A stretch of DNA of 64,000 nucleotides. It comes from Candidatus Binatia bacterium (GTDB taxonomy: Bacteria > Desulfobacterota > Binatia > UBA9968 > JAJDTQ01). The notes beneath the pieces were generated by a model. The model was not told the origin of the DNA. It ran no database searches and saw only the letters and a list, made by a program, of their open reading frames with translations. The first letter of the stretch is position 1; each line of letters opens with the position of its first letter. Made by a program: the position numbers and the translations under genes. The stretch lies in contig OY762897.2 in assembly GCA_963666515.2 (NCBI GenBank), positions 640,001 through 704,000 of the forward strand, given 5' to 3'. Positions 48,527 to 57,051 of this stretch are shown in pieces.

Positions 48527-49477
48527 ATGCTGTTCATCAAGGAAACGCCGGTGGAGACCATCATACCCATGTCGCGGGCCATCGAGGCGGTGGAAGAGTC
48601 CCTGGCGGAAACTTCGCGCGGCAACGCCGTAGTGCTGCCGCGGCGGCGCATCCACCACGCGAACCGGATGCTGTTCGGCGTGCTCCCGGGCTCCTTCAAG
48701 GGCGCCATGGGCGCCTACCTCCAGACCGACCGGAACCGGGCGATCCACCACGAGACCGTGATCCTCTACAGCGTCGAGACCGGCGAGCCGCTGATAATGT
48801 TCCAGGACTGCGCCATCAACGAACTTCGCACCGGCGCGGCCGGCGGCGTCGGCGCCAAGTATCTGGCTCCGCTCGACGCCACGCGGGTGGCGGTCATTGG
48901 CAGCGAGAAGCACGCCTTCACCCAGCTCCAGGCGGTATGTGCGGTGCGCCCCGTCGACACCGTCAAGGTCTTCAGCCCGACTCCGGCGCATCGGCTGCGG
49001 TTCGCAGATCGCGTCCGCGCGGCCCTGGAACTGGAGGCCGCGGCCGTAGACAGCGCCGAGGCTGCCCTGGACGGCGTGGACATCGTCATCACCGCCACCA
49101 GCGCCCAGAGCCCCGTGTTCGAAGGCCGGAGCCTCCGTCCCGGCATGCACGTCACCTCCATCGCCAACGGCGACAAGACACGCGTACGCGAGGAGATCGA
49201 CCACGACACCCTCCGACGGGCCGCACGGGTGTGCGTTACCTCGAAGGCGACCGTGCAGGCCAACGAGAGCGACCTGTTCCGGGCGGTCCGGGACGGGGTT
49301 CTGAACTGGGACGGCGTGTCGGAGCTGGGAGACGTGATTCTCGGCAACGCCCCCGGCCGCACCGGGGCGGAAGAGATCACGCTGTTCAAGCTTCAGGGTC
49401 TGGGGATCATGGACCTGGCGGTAGGGCTGCAGGCCTACGAGGCATTGAAGGATTCGACGACGGTGGAGAGAATATAG
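48527..49477 (+). CDS. ornithine cyclodeaminase / mu-crystallin family protein
   Basis: ELRTGAAGG, IGS, DIVITAT, PGMHV, ITLFKLQGLGIMD. Confidence 0.9.
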   Translation: MLFIKETPVETIIPMSRAIEAVEESLAETSRGNAVVLPRRRIHHANRMLFGVLPGSFKGAMGAYLQTDRNRAIHHETVILYSVETGEPLIMFQDCAINELRTGAAGGVGAKYLAPLDATRVAVIGSEKHAFTQLQAVCAVRPVDTVKVFSPTPAHRLRFADRVRAALELEAAAVDSAEAALDGVDIVITATSAQSPVFEGRSLRPGMHVTSIANGDKTRVREEIDHDTLRRAARVCVTSKATVQANESDLFRAVRDGVLNWDGVSELGDVILGNAPGRTGAEEITLFKLQGLGIMDLAVGLQAYEALKDSTTVERI

Positions 49478-49517
49478 CTGCCACAAGTGCGAGGTTGTGA
49501 AGGTCCGCGCGCCTCCA

Positions 49518-49547
49518 CGTCATTCCGGCGAAAGCCGGAATCCAGGG
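49518..49547. repeat. CGTC-type REP palindrome
   Basis: CGTCATTCCGGCGAAAGCCGGAATCCAGGG between convergent genes; related copy at about 57.0 kb. Confidence 0.75.
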
Positions 49548-49563
49548 GTGGGGGCGTTCCGGG

Positions 49564-50352
49564 CTACTTCAGCCGCAGAATTTCCCGCCGCACCATATCC
49601 TGCCAGGAGGCTCCGGGGCGGTCGGTCCAGTTGCCGGGCAAATCGATGATCTGCCCCTTGCGCTTGAACGAATGCGCAAGCCCCAAGGCTTCGGCCAGCA
49701 GGGACTCCTGCCGGAGGCCTGCGCGCGGCCGCCCGAAGGTCCGGCCCACGGGGTTGTCGATGCACACCGCCCTCGGGGGCTTGACCCGCTCCACGATGTC
49801 GCGCACCGTGCCTACCAGCAGCGTCGGGATTCCCGAGGCCTCCACCACGTTGGCGACGAGACTCACGGTCTCGTGGCAGTAGGGTCAGTAGGGGACCATC
49901 AGCGCAAGGTCCACGCGCATGGCCGCGAGCCTGCGCGCCAGCTCCGGCGCGAGCGTTTCGGTGATGGCCTCGTGGTCGGAGACGCCGCCGTAGATGGAAA
50001 AATGCGCTTGGGCGACGCTGCCGACGACGCCTTTTCGCGCCAACTCCTGGAGCGCGCGCCTGGGAAAGACCACTTCGGCATCCCTGCGAACGTCGGCGCC
50101 CACGGGAGAGTGATGGTCGACGGTGACCTCGACGTCCGGGTTCGCGGCGATGCGGCGATGGCTCGTGTCGCCCCCGGCGGTGAACGCGCGCTGGTTGGTC
50201 TGGCGGATGGCCGCGCTCGTGACGATGCTCACGCGCATCTCGTCCAGCGTCTTTGCCAAGGGCTGCCACGCGATTTTGGGCGCGCGCCGCAGCTTGCGCG
50301 GCGGCCTTGGGGCCGCGTGTTCCGCCAGGATGGGGAGATAGTCGAGGGCCAC
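49564..50352 (-). CDS. GrdB/PrdB-like (glycine/proline reductase selenoprotein B family) selenoprotein; UGA at 49885-49887 read as Sec
   Basis: The two ORF-track pieces are in frame across TGA: LMVPY-U-PYCHETVSLVANVVEASGIPT (UxxC); N-part RVSIVTSAA, GDTSHR, VVFP; hairpin 3' of the UGA. Confidence 0.85.
49856..49874 (-). promoter_or_regulatory. candidate bacterial SECIS element
   Basis: ACGAGAC-CGUGA-GUCUCGU, 7-bp perfect stem; apical loop starts 17 nt after the UGA and contains GU. Confidence 0.65.
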
Positions 50353-50354
50353 CG

Positions 50355-50783
50355 CTAGCCGGCCTTGGTGACGTAGACCGGCCCGCCCTTGCCGATCCGC
50401 TCCCGGTCTTCCTTGGGCAGATCCTTGATGTCCACTCGCAACTCGTGATTGATGTGCTTGATGTCCTCGGACGGACCCGAGCGGTTGCCCATGAGGATCA
50501 TCGGGCCGGTGCCGGTGTTCTCGAGCTGGTAGAAGTCGCCGCCGTGGATGAGCGCTACCATGCCCGGCGTCATCACCGCCTTGCCGCCGTCCGGGAAGTG
50601 CATGGTGCACTCGCCTTCCATGACGTAGAAGCTCTGGTCGGCGTTGTGGCAGTGCATGTCGTCCTTGTCGCCGGGTTCGCGATAGACGTGCACCCACGTG
50701 TGGAAGCGCTTGGTGTTCAGCACGACCTCACGCTTCAGGTCCTTACGCCCCTTGTCCATCAGATCCATGACTTCGATGGCCAT
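50355..50783 (-). CDS. cupin domain protein
   Basis: MHCHNADQSFYVMEG..PG..IHGGDFYQLENTG; AAGGAG RBS; ends 2 nt before the selenoprotein start. Confidence 0.85.
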   Translation of the reverse strand: MAIEVMDLMDKGRKDLKREVVLNTKRFHTWVHVYREPGDKDDMHCHNADQSFYVMEGECTMHFPDGGKAVMTPGMVALIHGGDFYQLENTGTGPMILMGNRSGPSEDIKHINHELRVDIKDLPKEDRERIGKGGPVYVTKAG

Positions 50784-50931
50784 TTGATTCTCCTTTTCAA
50801 GAGATATCTCCAATTGTGATCATTTTTCCGTGCGGCGACGGGCGTCGGTCGTGTTTGGCCCGCTGAATACGCTTAGTGTATAGTCTCAATCCGTACGAAC
50901 ACGCAAGTTGTGGAAGGAGGCGACGAACATC

Positions 50932-51906
50932 ATGCCGGATCCCAAGCTGACCATGGCCCTGTCCCACTACGACAGGCACGTGCCCCTGTTCGATGGAAGC
51001 GTGACCGCCGAGGGCCTGGACCTGGAGGTGCTGGAGATCGGCCAGTCGCACCCGCTCAGGCACGGCGCCCGGCGCCACGAGCGCATGCTCCAGGACGGCG
51101 AGTTCGACATCTGCGAGCTGTCGCTGTCGTCTTACCTCATCTCCCAGAGCCGCGACATGCCCATCAAGGCCATCCCGGTGTTCCCGCGCCGGCTGTTCAG
51201 CCTGTCGCAGATGTGGGTCAACGTGGACGCCGGCATCGAGTCGCCCAGGGACCTCGTCGGCAGGACCGTGGGCCTGAGCACCTTCCAGACCACCCTCTCC
51301 GTGCTCGCCAAGGGGGACCTGCAGAGCGAGTACGACGTGCCTTGGCGCGAGATCGACTGGGTCATCGACAAGCCCGAGGCGCTGTCCATCCAGCTCGAAG
51401 GGGTGAGCATGCGCTACCTGGAGAAAGGCGATAGCATCGGCGCCATGCTGGAGCGGGGCGAGATCGACGCCCTGATGATGCCCCATCCGCCCGACGAGGT
51501 GGTGGACGGGTCGGAGAAGATCCGCCGGCTGTTCCGCGACCCTCGGGCCGAGGAACTCAAGTACTACCGCAAGAACGGTTACTACCCCATCATGCATGTG
51601 GTGGCCTTCAAGAACGAAGTGCTGGAGCAGTATCCCTTCGCCGTGCAGAGCGTCACCGATGCCTTCGAGAAGGCCAAGGCGGCCTGCTTCGAGTATTACT
51701 CCGACCCCAACTGGTCCAGCCTCGCGTGGACCCGGCATCTCTACGAGGAAGAGCGCGAAACGCTGGGCCTGGACTACTGGCCTTACGGCCTCAAGCGCAA
51801 CCGCGCCAACCTGGAGCGCTTCATGGGCTACTCCCACGACCAGGGGCTCATGGACAGGCAGGTGGCGGTGGAGGAGTTGTTCGTCGAATCGACGCTGGAT
51901 TCCTGA
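50932..51906 (+). CDS. 4,5-dihydroxyphthalate decarboxylase-like protein
   Basis: YDRHVPL, RHERML, ELSLSSY, PVFPRRLF, YPIMH, WPYG. Confidence 0.78.
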   Translation: MPDPKLTMALSHYDRHVPLFDGSVTAEGLDLEVLEIGQSHPLRHGARRHERMLQDGEFDICELSLSSYLISQSRDMPIKAIPVFPRRLFSLSQMWVNVDAGIESPRDLVGRTVGLSTFQTTLSVLAKGDLQSEYDVPWREIDWVIDKPEALSIQLEGVSMRYLEKGDSIGAMLERGEIDALMMPHPPDEVVDGSEKIRRLFRDPRAEELKYYRKNGYYPIMHVVAFKNEVLEQYPFAVQSVTDAFEKAKAACFEYYSDPNWSSLAWTRHLYEEERETLGLDYWPYGLKRNRANLERFMGYSHDQGLMDRQVAVEELFVESTLDS

Positions 51907-51975
51907 GACGGAGAGACGCCGCAAGTGCGGCGTTACCGAGCCTTCGGCCATCCATGCCGACCCGATATTGGATAT

Positions 51976-51994
51976 TACGGAATTCAATTCCGTA
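51976..51994. promoter_or_regulatory. AT-rich perfect palindrome (9-1-9)
   Basis: TACGGAATT-C-AATTCCGTA. Confidence 0.35.
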
Positions 51995-52072
51995 TTTGCA
52001 AGGGATCTCGGGGCAGTTCGTGCGCTGGCGCGAGCTGGTCGGAGATGCGACCGGTCGGCCGGTAACGTAGGA

Positions 52073-53113
52073 TTAGCGTGAATTGTTGCCGCTGCCGGCT
52101 TCCTCGCGGTAGAGTCCGAGCAGTTCCAGGAGGGGGCGATCGGTGGCGGAGAAAAGGATGGCAGGCTCCGCGTCCGAGCTGTTTCTGTGACGATGCCAGC
52201 TCCAGTTGGGAACGACGATGAAATCCCCTTCCTCCCACGCCATTTCCGTGCCTTCGACTTCGACGACGCCCGAGCCGCGGAAACCGTGGTACAGGTGGTT
52301 GGCGGTGTGGCGGTGGGGCAGGGTGTGCTCTCCCGGTTCCAGCATCTGAATCCAACATGAGAACGTGGGGAATGTCGGTCCCCCGGTAACCGGGTCCCGG
52401 TATTCGAGGCAACGCCCGTCGTAAGGGCTTTTGTCTTCGGCGAGCATCTCGTTCAGAGCAGGCAGGGTCTCGCGCCACTTGTATACCGATTGTTTGAGGC
52501 TCGTACCCGGAGGCGCGAGGCCCCCGGGATTACGAACCGTGGTGTCGGTCGTACTGTTGAAGAGTCTCAGCTCCTCGGCTGGGTGCGGCTCTTGAAACAT
52601 CGTGCGCAGGTGCGCCATCAGACCCACGTCGAGCGCGTCGATCCAGACCGCATCCCGGTCGGATTCGTTGACGTGGTTGTGCCAACTCCAGTTCGGCTGA
52701 ACGACGAGATCGCCTGTCTCCATGACGCACTTCTCGCCGTCGGTGATGGTGTAGGCATCCTCGCCGCCTTCGAGGATGAAGCGGATGGCCGCGGCCGTGT
52801 GCCGGTGGGCGTAGACCGCCTCGCCGGCCTTGACCAACTGAACGGCCATGACCAGCGTGTTGCTGGTGCCGCGCGCGATGTCGGGATGCATCAGTGTGAT
52901 GGCCCGGCGGGAGCCCTTGAAGTTGGTCGGCACGAGCCTCGCGGCAGCGTCCAGCCCCTCCCGGATCTTCGACCACTTCCACAGCTTGGGGGCGCCGAAG
53001 GGTCGAGGCTCGACGATGTGCCTGTCTTCGCCGACCCACAACCCCTGCATGGACTCGCTCTCGAGCAGGTCGTCGAGCGCCTTCAGGTCGGTAATCCGCT
53101 CGCTGTTCGTCAC
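52073..53113 (-). CDS. gentisate 1,2-dioxygenase-family bicupin
   Basis: AHRHTAAAIRF, GDLV.QP.W.WHNH, HRHT, WEEGDF.VVPNW.WH.H. Confidence 0.88.
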   Translation of the reverse strand: MTNSERITDLKALDDLLESESMQGLWVGEDRHIVEPRPFGAPKLWKWSKIREGLDAAARLVPTNFKGSRRAITLMHPDIARGTSNTLVMAVQLVKAGEAVYAHRHTAAAIRFILEGGEDAYTITDGEKCVMETGDLVVQPNWSWHNHVNESDRDAVWIDALDVGLMAHLRTMFQEPHPAEELRLFNSTTDTTVRNPGGLAPPGTSLKQSVYKWRETLPALNEMLAEDKSPYDGRCLEYRDPVTGGPTFPTFSCWIQMLEPGEHTLPHRHTANHLYHGFRGSGVVEVEGTEMAWEEGDFIVVPNWSWHRHRNSSDAEPAILFSATDRPLLELLGLYREEAGSGNNSR

Positions 53114-53144
53114 TCCGTTACTCCAGGAACCGGACCCGCGTCGC

Positions 53145-54272
53145 TCACTGCAACTGCGGCATCACCTGCTTGTGGAAGAGGTCCAGGGAAGCCAGGACCT
53201 TGCTGTGAGGAAGGTTGCCGATGTGGAACATGCCCATGAAGTGATCGGCGCCCACCGCGCGCATTTGCGCGTTCAGTCTTTGGGCCACGGTGTCGGGGCT
53301 CCCGGCGAAGATGTATCCCACCCGGTCCAGGTCCTCCCAGCTCAGCGATGAGAAGTCGTGGCGTTGGCGGTTCTCCTCGCGGAAGTAGTTGAACGACTTG
53401 TCGGTGTAGAGGGCTTCTCTCACGCGCGCCCCCTCGGCGCTGGCGGTCTGCTTGAACCCGCGATTGAGGAGCGTAAAAAAATAGCGCAGCGCCGGTTCGG
53501 CCACCTCACGCGCCTTCTCGTCCGTTTCGTCCACGTAGATGTGGCGGCACAGGATGAACTGGCCGGGGTCGGCTTCCCAGCCGCCGTCTCGTGCCACCTT
53601 GCGGTAGTAGTTGAAGGTATCCTCGATCTGGCTGGTGGTCTGGTACACCTGGGCAATGGGGATGCGCCGCTGCGCGCACCACTCGACGGATTCAGCGCTG
53701 CGGGCGGCGACCCAGACCGGCGGGTGGGGCTGCTGGATCGGACGGGGCCAAGTGGCGCAGTTCTCCAGATGGAAAAACTTGCCGTGGTAGCTCCAGGTGG
53801 GCTCCTTCCACGCCGTCATGATCAGCTCGAAGGCCTCCTCGAAACGCCCGCGCGATTCGCTCGGATCGACGTTGTACCAGAGGTATTCCGGCGGTATGCC
53901 GCGCACGAAGCCCGCGATCAGGCGGCCCCCGGACATGCAGTCGACCATGGCGTACTCCTCCGCCACCCGCACCGGGTGGTGGCGCAGCGGCAGGACGTTG
54001 CCGAGCACGCCGATCTTGATCTCGCTGGTCCTCTGGCTCAGGGCCGCGGCAACCAGATTGGGCGACGGCATGGTGCCGTAGGCGCTGTAGTGGTGCTCAT
54101 TGAACAGGACCCCTTCGAAGCCGAGCTGCTCGCAGTGTTCCATCTCGTAGAAGTGTTCCTCATAGTTGCGGCAGCCTTCGAGCGGGTCGAACAGGTTGCT
54201 GGGCAGCGGCGTGCCCGGGATGTCCATGGGCACATGCGGATAGGCGAGCAGGTCGAAGTTATAGATCTTCAT
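53145..54272 (-). CDS. LLM-class flavin-dependent oxidoreductase
   Basis: FNEHH, MPSPN, AEEYAMVDCMSGGRLIAGFVRG, WPRPIQQPHPP. Confidence 0.9.
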   Translation of the reverse strand: MKIYNFDLLAYPHVPMDIPGTPLPSNLFDPLEGCRNYEEHFYEMEHCEQLGFEGVLFNEHHYSAYGTMPSPNLVAAALSQRTSEIKIGVLGNVLPLRHHPVRVAEEYAMVDCMSGGRLIAGFVRGIPPEYLWYNVDPSESRGRFEEAFELIMTAWKEPTWSYHGKFFHLENCATWPRPIQQPHPPVWVAARSAESVEWCAQRRIPIAQVYQTTSQIEDTFNYYRKVARDGGWEADPGQFILCRHIYVDETDEKAREVAEPALRYFFTLLNRGFKQTASAEGARVREALYTDKSFNYFREENRQRHDFSSLSWEDLDRVGYIFAGSPDTVAQRLNAQMRAVGADHFMGMFHIGNLPHSKVLASLDLFHKQVMPQLQ

Positions 54273-54301
54273 TTGTTCTCATTTCCAAGCGGCGGGTGCG
54301 C

Positions 54302-54970
54302 CTACGCATAGCTGTCGTAGATGCCGTCGAATTTCCCCAGCTTCAGCCGCACCGTATGCTGCGCGGCCTCACGGACCAACCGCTGTTGCCGGGGCGTCGT
54401 GGCCAGACGGGTGATCACTTCCGAGGCCATCGCGGTGTGTTCCTCGTCCGCGACCATGTGGACCGTGAAGAACTCGCAGGCTTCGTCGCCAAGGCCATAA
54501 TGCCTTCGCGCATGGAGGTTGAACTCCTCCGAATAGCGGCGGACCATGCTCTCGTCCACCAGGGCTCCGACCCGGTTCTCCGCCGGCGAGCCCAGCAGCA
54601 TGCCGTGGATCATCCGGCTCGTGTGCACGAGGCACCCGAAGACCGGCGTGGCGTCTGCGAAATCCTCCTCGCTGAGCCCCAGCGCGAGGCCGAAGCGCTT
54701 GGCCAGATCGGGATGAGTCCTCTCTTCCTCGAACTGGTAGGCGAAGTGGCTGAAGAGCTGGCTGTCGTGGGCGTTTTTCACCATGCACAATGCAAAGCCC
54801 TTCAACAGGACGACGTTGTGCAGATAGTGCTGCAGCGACCATCCCTGGAGTCGCCGCACCGAGAGCTTGCCTTCCCGCAGCTCGGAGAAGTAGCGGTGTT
54901 CCATCAGTCGCCGGATTCCGGGTTCGATGATCTCGTTGACGATCGAGTCGACGAAGGTTTCGTTGGCCAT
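54302..54970 (-). CDS. heme-oxygenase-like (TenA/PqqC/CADD) protein
   Basis: HRYF..L..GKL, EEERTH..L..RF..ALG, E, FFTVH..ADEEH. Confidence 0.75.
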   Translation of the reverse strand: MANETFVDSIVNEIIEPGIRRLMEHRYFSELREGKLSVRRLQGWSLQHYLHNVVLLKGFALCMVKNAHDSQLFSHFAYQFEEERTHPDLAKRFGLALGLSEEDFADATPVFGCLVHTSRMIHGMLLGSPAENRVGALVDESMVRRYSEEFNLHARRHYGLGDEACEFFTVHMVADEEHTAMASEVITRLATTPRQQRLVREAAQHTVRLKLGKFDGIYDSYA

Positions 54971-55167
54971 GGTGCTGTCCCGACAAACTTCCCATTACTT
55001 CCAATCCTTCAGGCGTGTCAAACAGAAGCGAACGTCGAGCACCGAACGGCCTCACCATGGCGGAAAGCAGCGTCCGGTTCGCGGTTGACAATGCTTCCGG
55101 CCTCATCGTAGTGTCCGGGAATTCAAAGGGTTCCGTGTCTTCCGAACACGCGCCAGGGGAGGTGTTT

Positions 55168-56217
55168 ATGAACGGTAGAGCACCAACCGGAGTAGCCCTG
55201 TTCACCCTCGCCGTCGCCTTGTGCCTGTGGCTTCACCCCGGGGCTTCGGCACAGGCCGCTTCATTCTACGAAGGCAAGACGGTCAAGATGATCGTCGGAG
55301 TCAGTCCGGGTGGCGGATTCGACACGTTCGCGCGCATGCTGGCCCGGCATCTCCCGTCCTACATGCCGGGCGAGCCCAGGTTCATCGTGCAGAACATGCC
55401 GGGCGCGGGCAGCCTGATAGCGGCCAACCGAGTCTATGCGGAACAACCGGGCGACGGGCTCACCATTGTCAACTTCGCCGCCGGAATCATCATGCAGGCC
55501 TTGATGCAGGACCCCGCGGCCAAGTTCGACCCCAAGAAGTTCATGTTTCTGGGCGACCCCTCCCTGCCGGCCCTGCCGAGAGTGCTGTGGGTGCGGGGCG
55601 ACCTGAAAGTACGCACCCTTGCGGATCTGCAGAAGCGAAAGGAGCCCCTCGCCGTCGGCGCGACGGGCGTGGGTCAGTCCGCCGCCATCATGGGTGAATT
55701 TGAGCGTTACCTCGGGCTCAACGTCAAGGTCGTCTTCGGGTACCGGGGCTCCAGCGGCATCCTCGCGGCGCTGGAACGTAAGGAGCTGGAGGGAATGAAC
55801 CTGTCGCTCCATTTCGTCCAGGACCGGTACGGTCACCTCATCGAGAACGGGACCATCCGGCCGTTCCTCGCCATCGGCACCGGACCCGGGGCGGAAGCGC
55901 CGCCGGGGGTGGCAACCCTGAAGGACCTGACCCTCAGTTCCGACCAGCGGCAGATGGCCGATTTCCTGATCGGGAGCTGGAGCATTCTTCGCCTCTACGC
56001 GCTCCCTCCGGGGACGCCGCCGGACCGGTTCGAAGTCTTGCAGGAAGCCTTCCTCAAGGCTCTCGCCAGCCGCAGGTTCATCAGCGAGGCCAAGCGCCAG
56101 GGCATCCGGGTCTCCCCGCGCTCGGGAAAGGACGTGGCCCGGATCATCAAGCTCATGACCGATGCCCCTCCGGGCGTCGTCGCCCAATACCGGAAGTTTC
56201 TGGGCCTCAAGAACTAG
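55168..56217 (+). CDS. tripartite tricarboxylate transporter substrate-binding protein (TctC/Bug)
   Basis: Signal peptide, PGGGFDTFAR, VQNMPGAGS, DG.TI, GYRGS. Confidence 0.88.
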   Translation: MNGRAPTGVALFTLAVALCLWLHPGASAQAASFYEGKTVKMIVGVSPGGGFDTFARMLARHLPSYMPGEPRFIVQNMPGAGSLIAANRVYAEQPGDGLTIVNFAAGIIMQALMQDPAAKFDPKKFMFLGDPSLPALPRVLWVRGDLKVRTLADLQKRKEPLAVGATGVGQSAAIMGEFERYLGLNVKVVFGYRGSSGILAALERKELEGMNLSLHFVQDRYGHLIENGTIRPFLAIGTGPGAEAPPGVATLKDLTLSSDQRQMADFLIGSWSILRLYALPPGTPPDRFEVLQEAFLKALASRRFISEAKRQGIRVSPRSGKDVARIIKLMTDAPPGVVAQYRKFLGLKN

Positions 56218-56299
56218 GCGGAGTTTGACGGTCCATGTGCTGGCTGGTATCCGTTTGCGCATCGAATCCACGCCGGAACCTTCTGGACAGGGAGCACGC

Positions 56300-56947
56300 A
56301 TGGACAGTCACGAATTCGCCAAGAAGGTGCAGAAGCGCGTCAAGGAGTTCTGCAACGGCCTCGACGACAACCTGCCCGCCTACAGCTACATTCCGCTCAC
56401 CACGGACGAGATGCGCGTCAAGGTGATGCAGAGCCGGCTCTTCAACGAGGTGCGCGCGGCCGAGGTCTTCGGCTCATGGCTCAAGACCACGCCGGAGTTG
56501 GAGGTGAAGGCCATTCTGGCGGAAGCCATCCACGAGGAGTTCGTTCACGCGGAGTACCTTTCGGAAGCCCTGAAGAGCAAGGGCGCCGTCCCTTACGACT
56601 ACAAGCCGGTGCCCGCCCAGATGGCGATGTTCAACGGGTTCGAGGCGCTGACCACGACCTGTGAGCGCATCGCCGCGTTTCCGTTCGCCGGCGAGGGCGT
56701 GGCCGACTACCTCATCGGCAAGAGCCTGGAGGCCGGCACGGTGCCGGAGTGGGTCACCGGCCCTTACCAGAAGATCCACGACGACGAGGAAGAGCACGGC
56801 AACTACCCGTTCGACCTGCTCGTCAAGTACGCCACCAGCCCCGAGATCCAGGACCGCGTCGTCCGCGCCGTGGAGATGAGCCTCATGCTCCGGCGCCAGT
56901 ACTTCGACAACCTGGATCGCTGGGTCTACCAGGATAGCTGGTCGTAG
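56300..56947 (+). CDS. ferritin-like diiron-domain protein
   Basis: Helical; E, EEFVH, E, DEEEH ligand pattern. Confidence 0.65.
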   Translation: MDSHEFAKKVQKRVKEFCNGLDDNLPAYSYIPLTTDEMRVKVMQSRLFNEVRAAEVFGSWLKTTPELEVKAILAEAIHEEFVHAEYLSEALKSKGAVPYDYKPVPAQMAMFNGFEALTTTCERIAAFPFAGEGVADYLIGKSLEAGTVPEWVTGPYQKIHDDEEEHGNYPFDLLVKYATSPEIQDRVVRAVEMSLMLRRQYFDNLDRWVYQDSWS

Positions 56948-56981
56948 GCGGTTGGGGCGGGACAGTGGAAACCGCCCGCGC

Positions 56982-57037
56982 CACCCCTGGATTCCGGCCC
57001 CGTATCGAGTACGGGGTAGGCATTTCGCCGGAATGAC
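56982..57037. repeat. CGTC-type REP (inverted relative to 49518) with an extra hairpin in its loop
   Basis: Reverse complement reads CGTCATTCCGGCGAAA-tgccta-CCCCGTACTCGATACGGGG-CCGGAATCCAGGGG. Confidence 0.7.
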
Positions 57038-57051
57038 GGTTTCCGATAACG

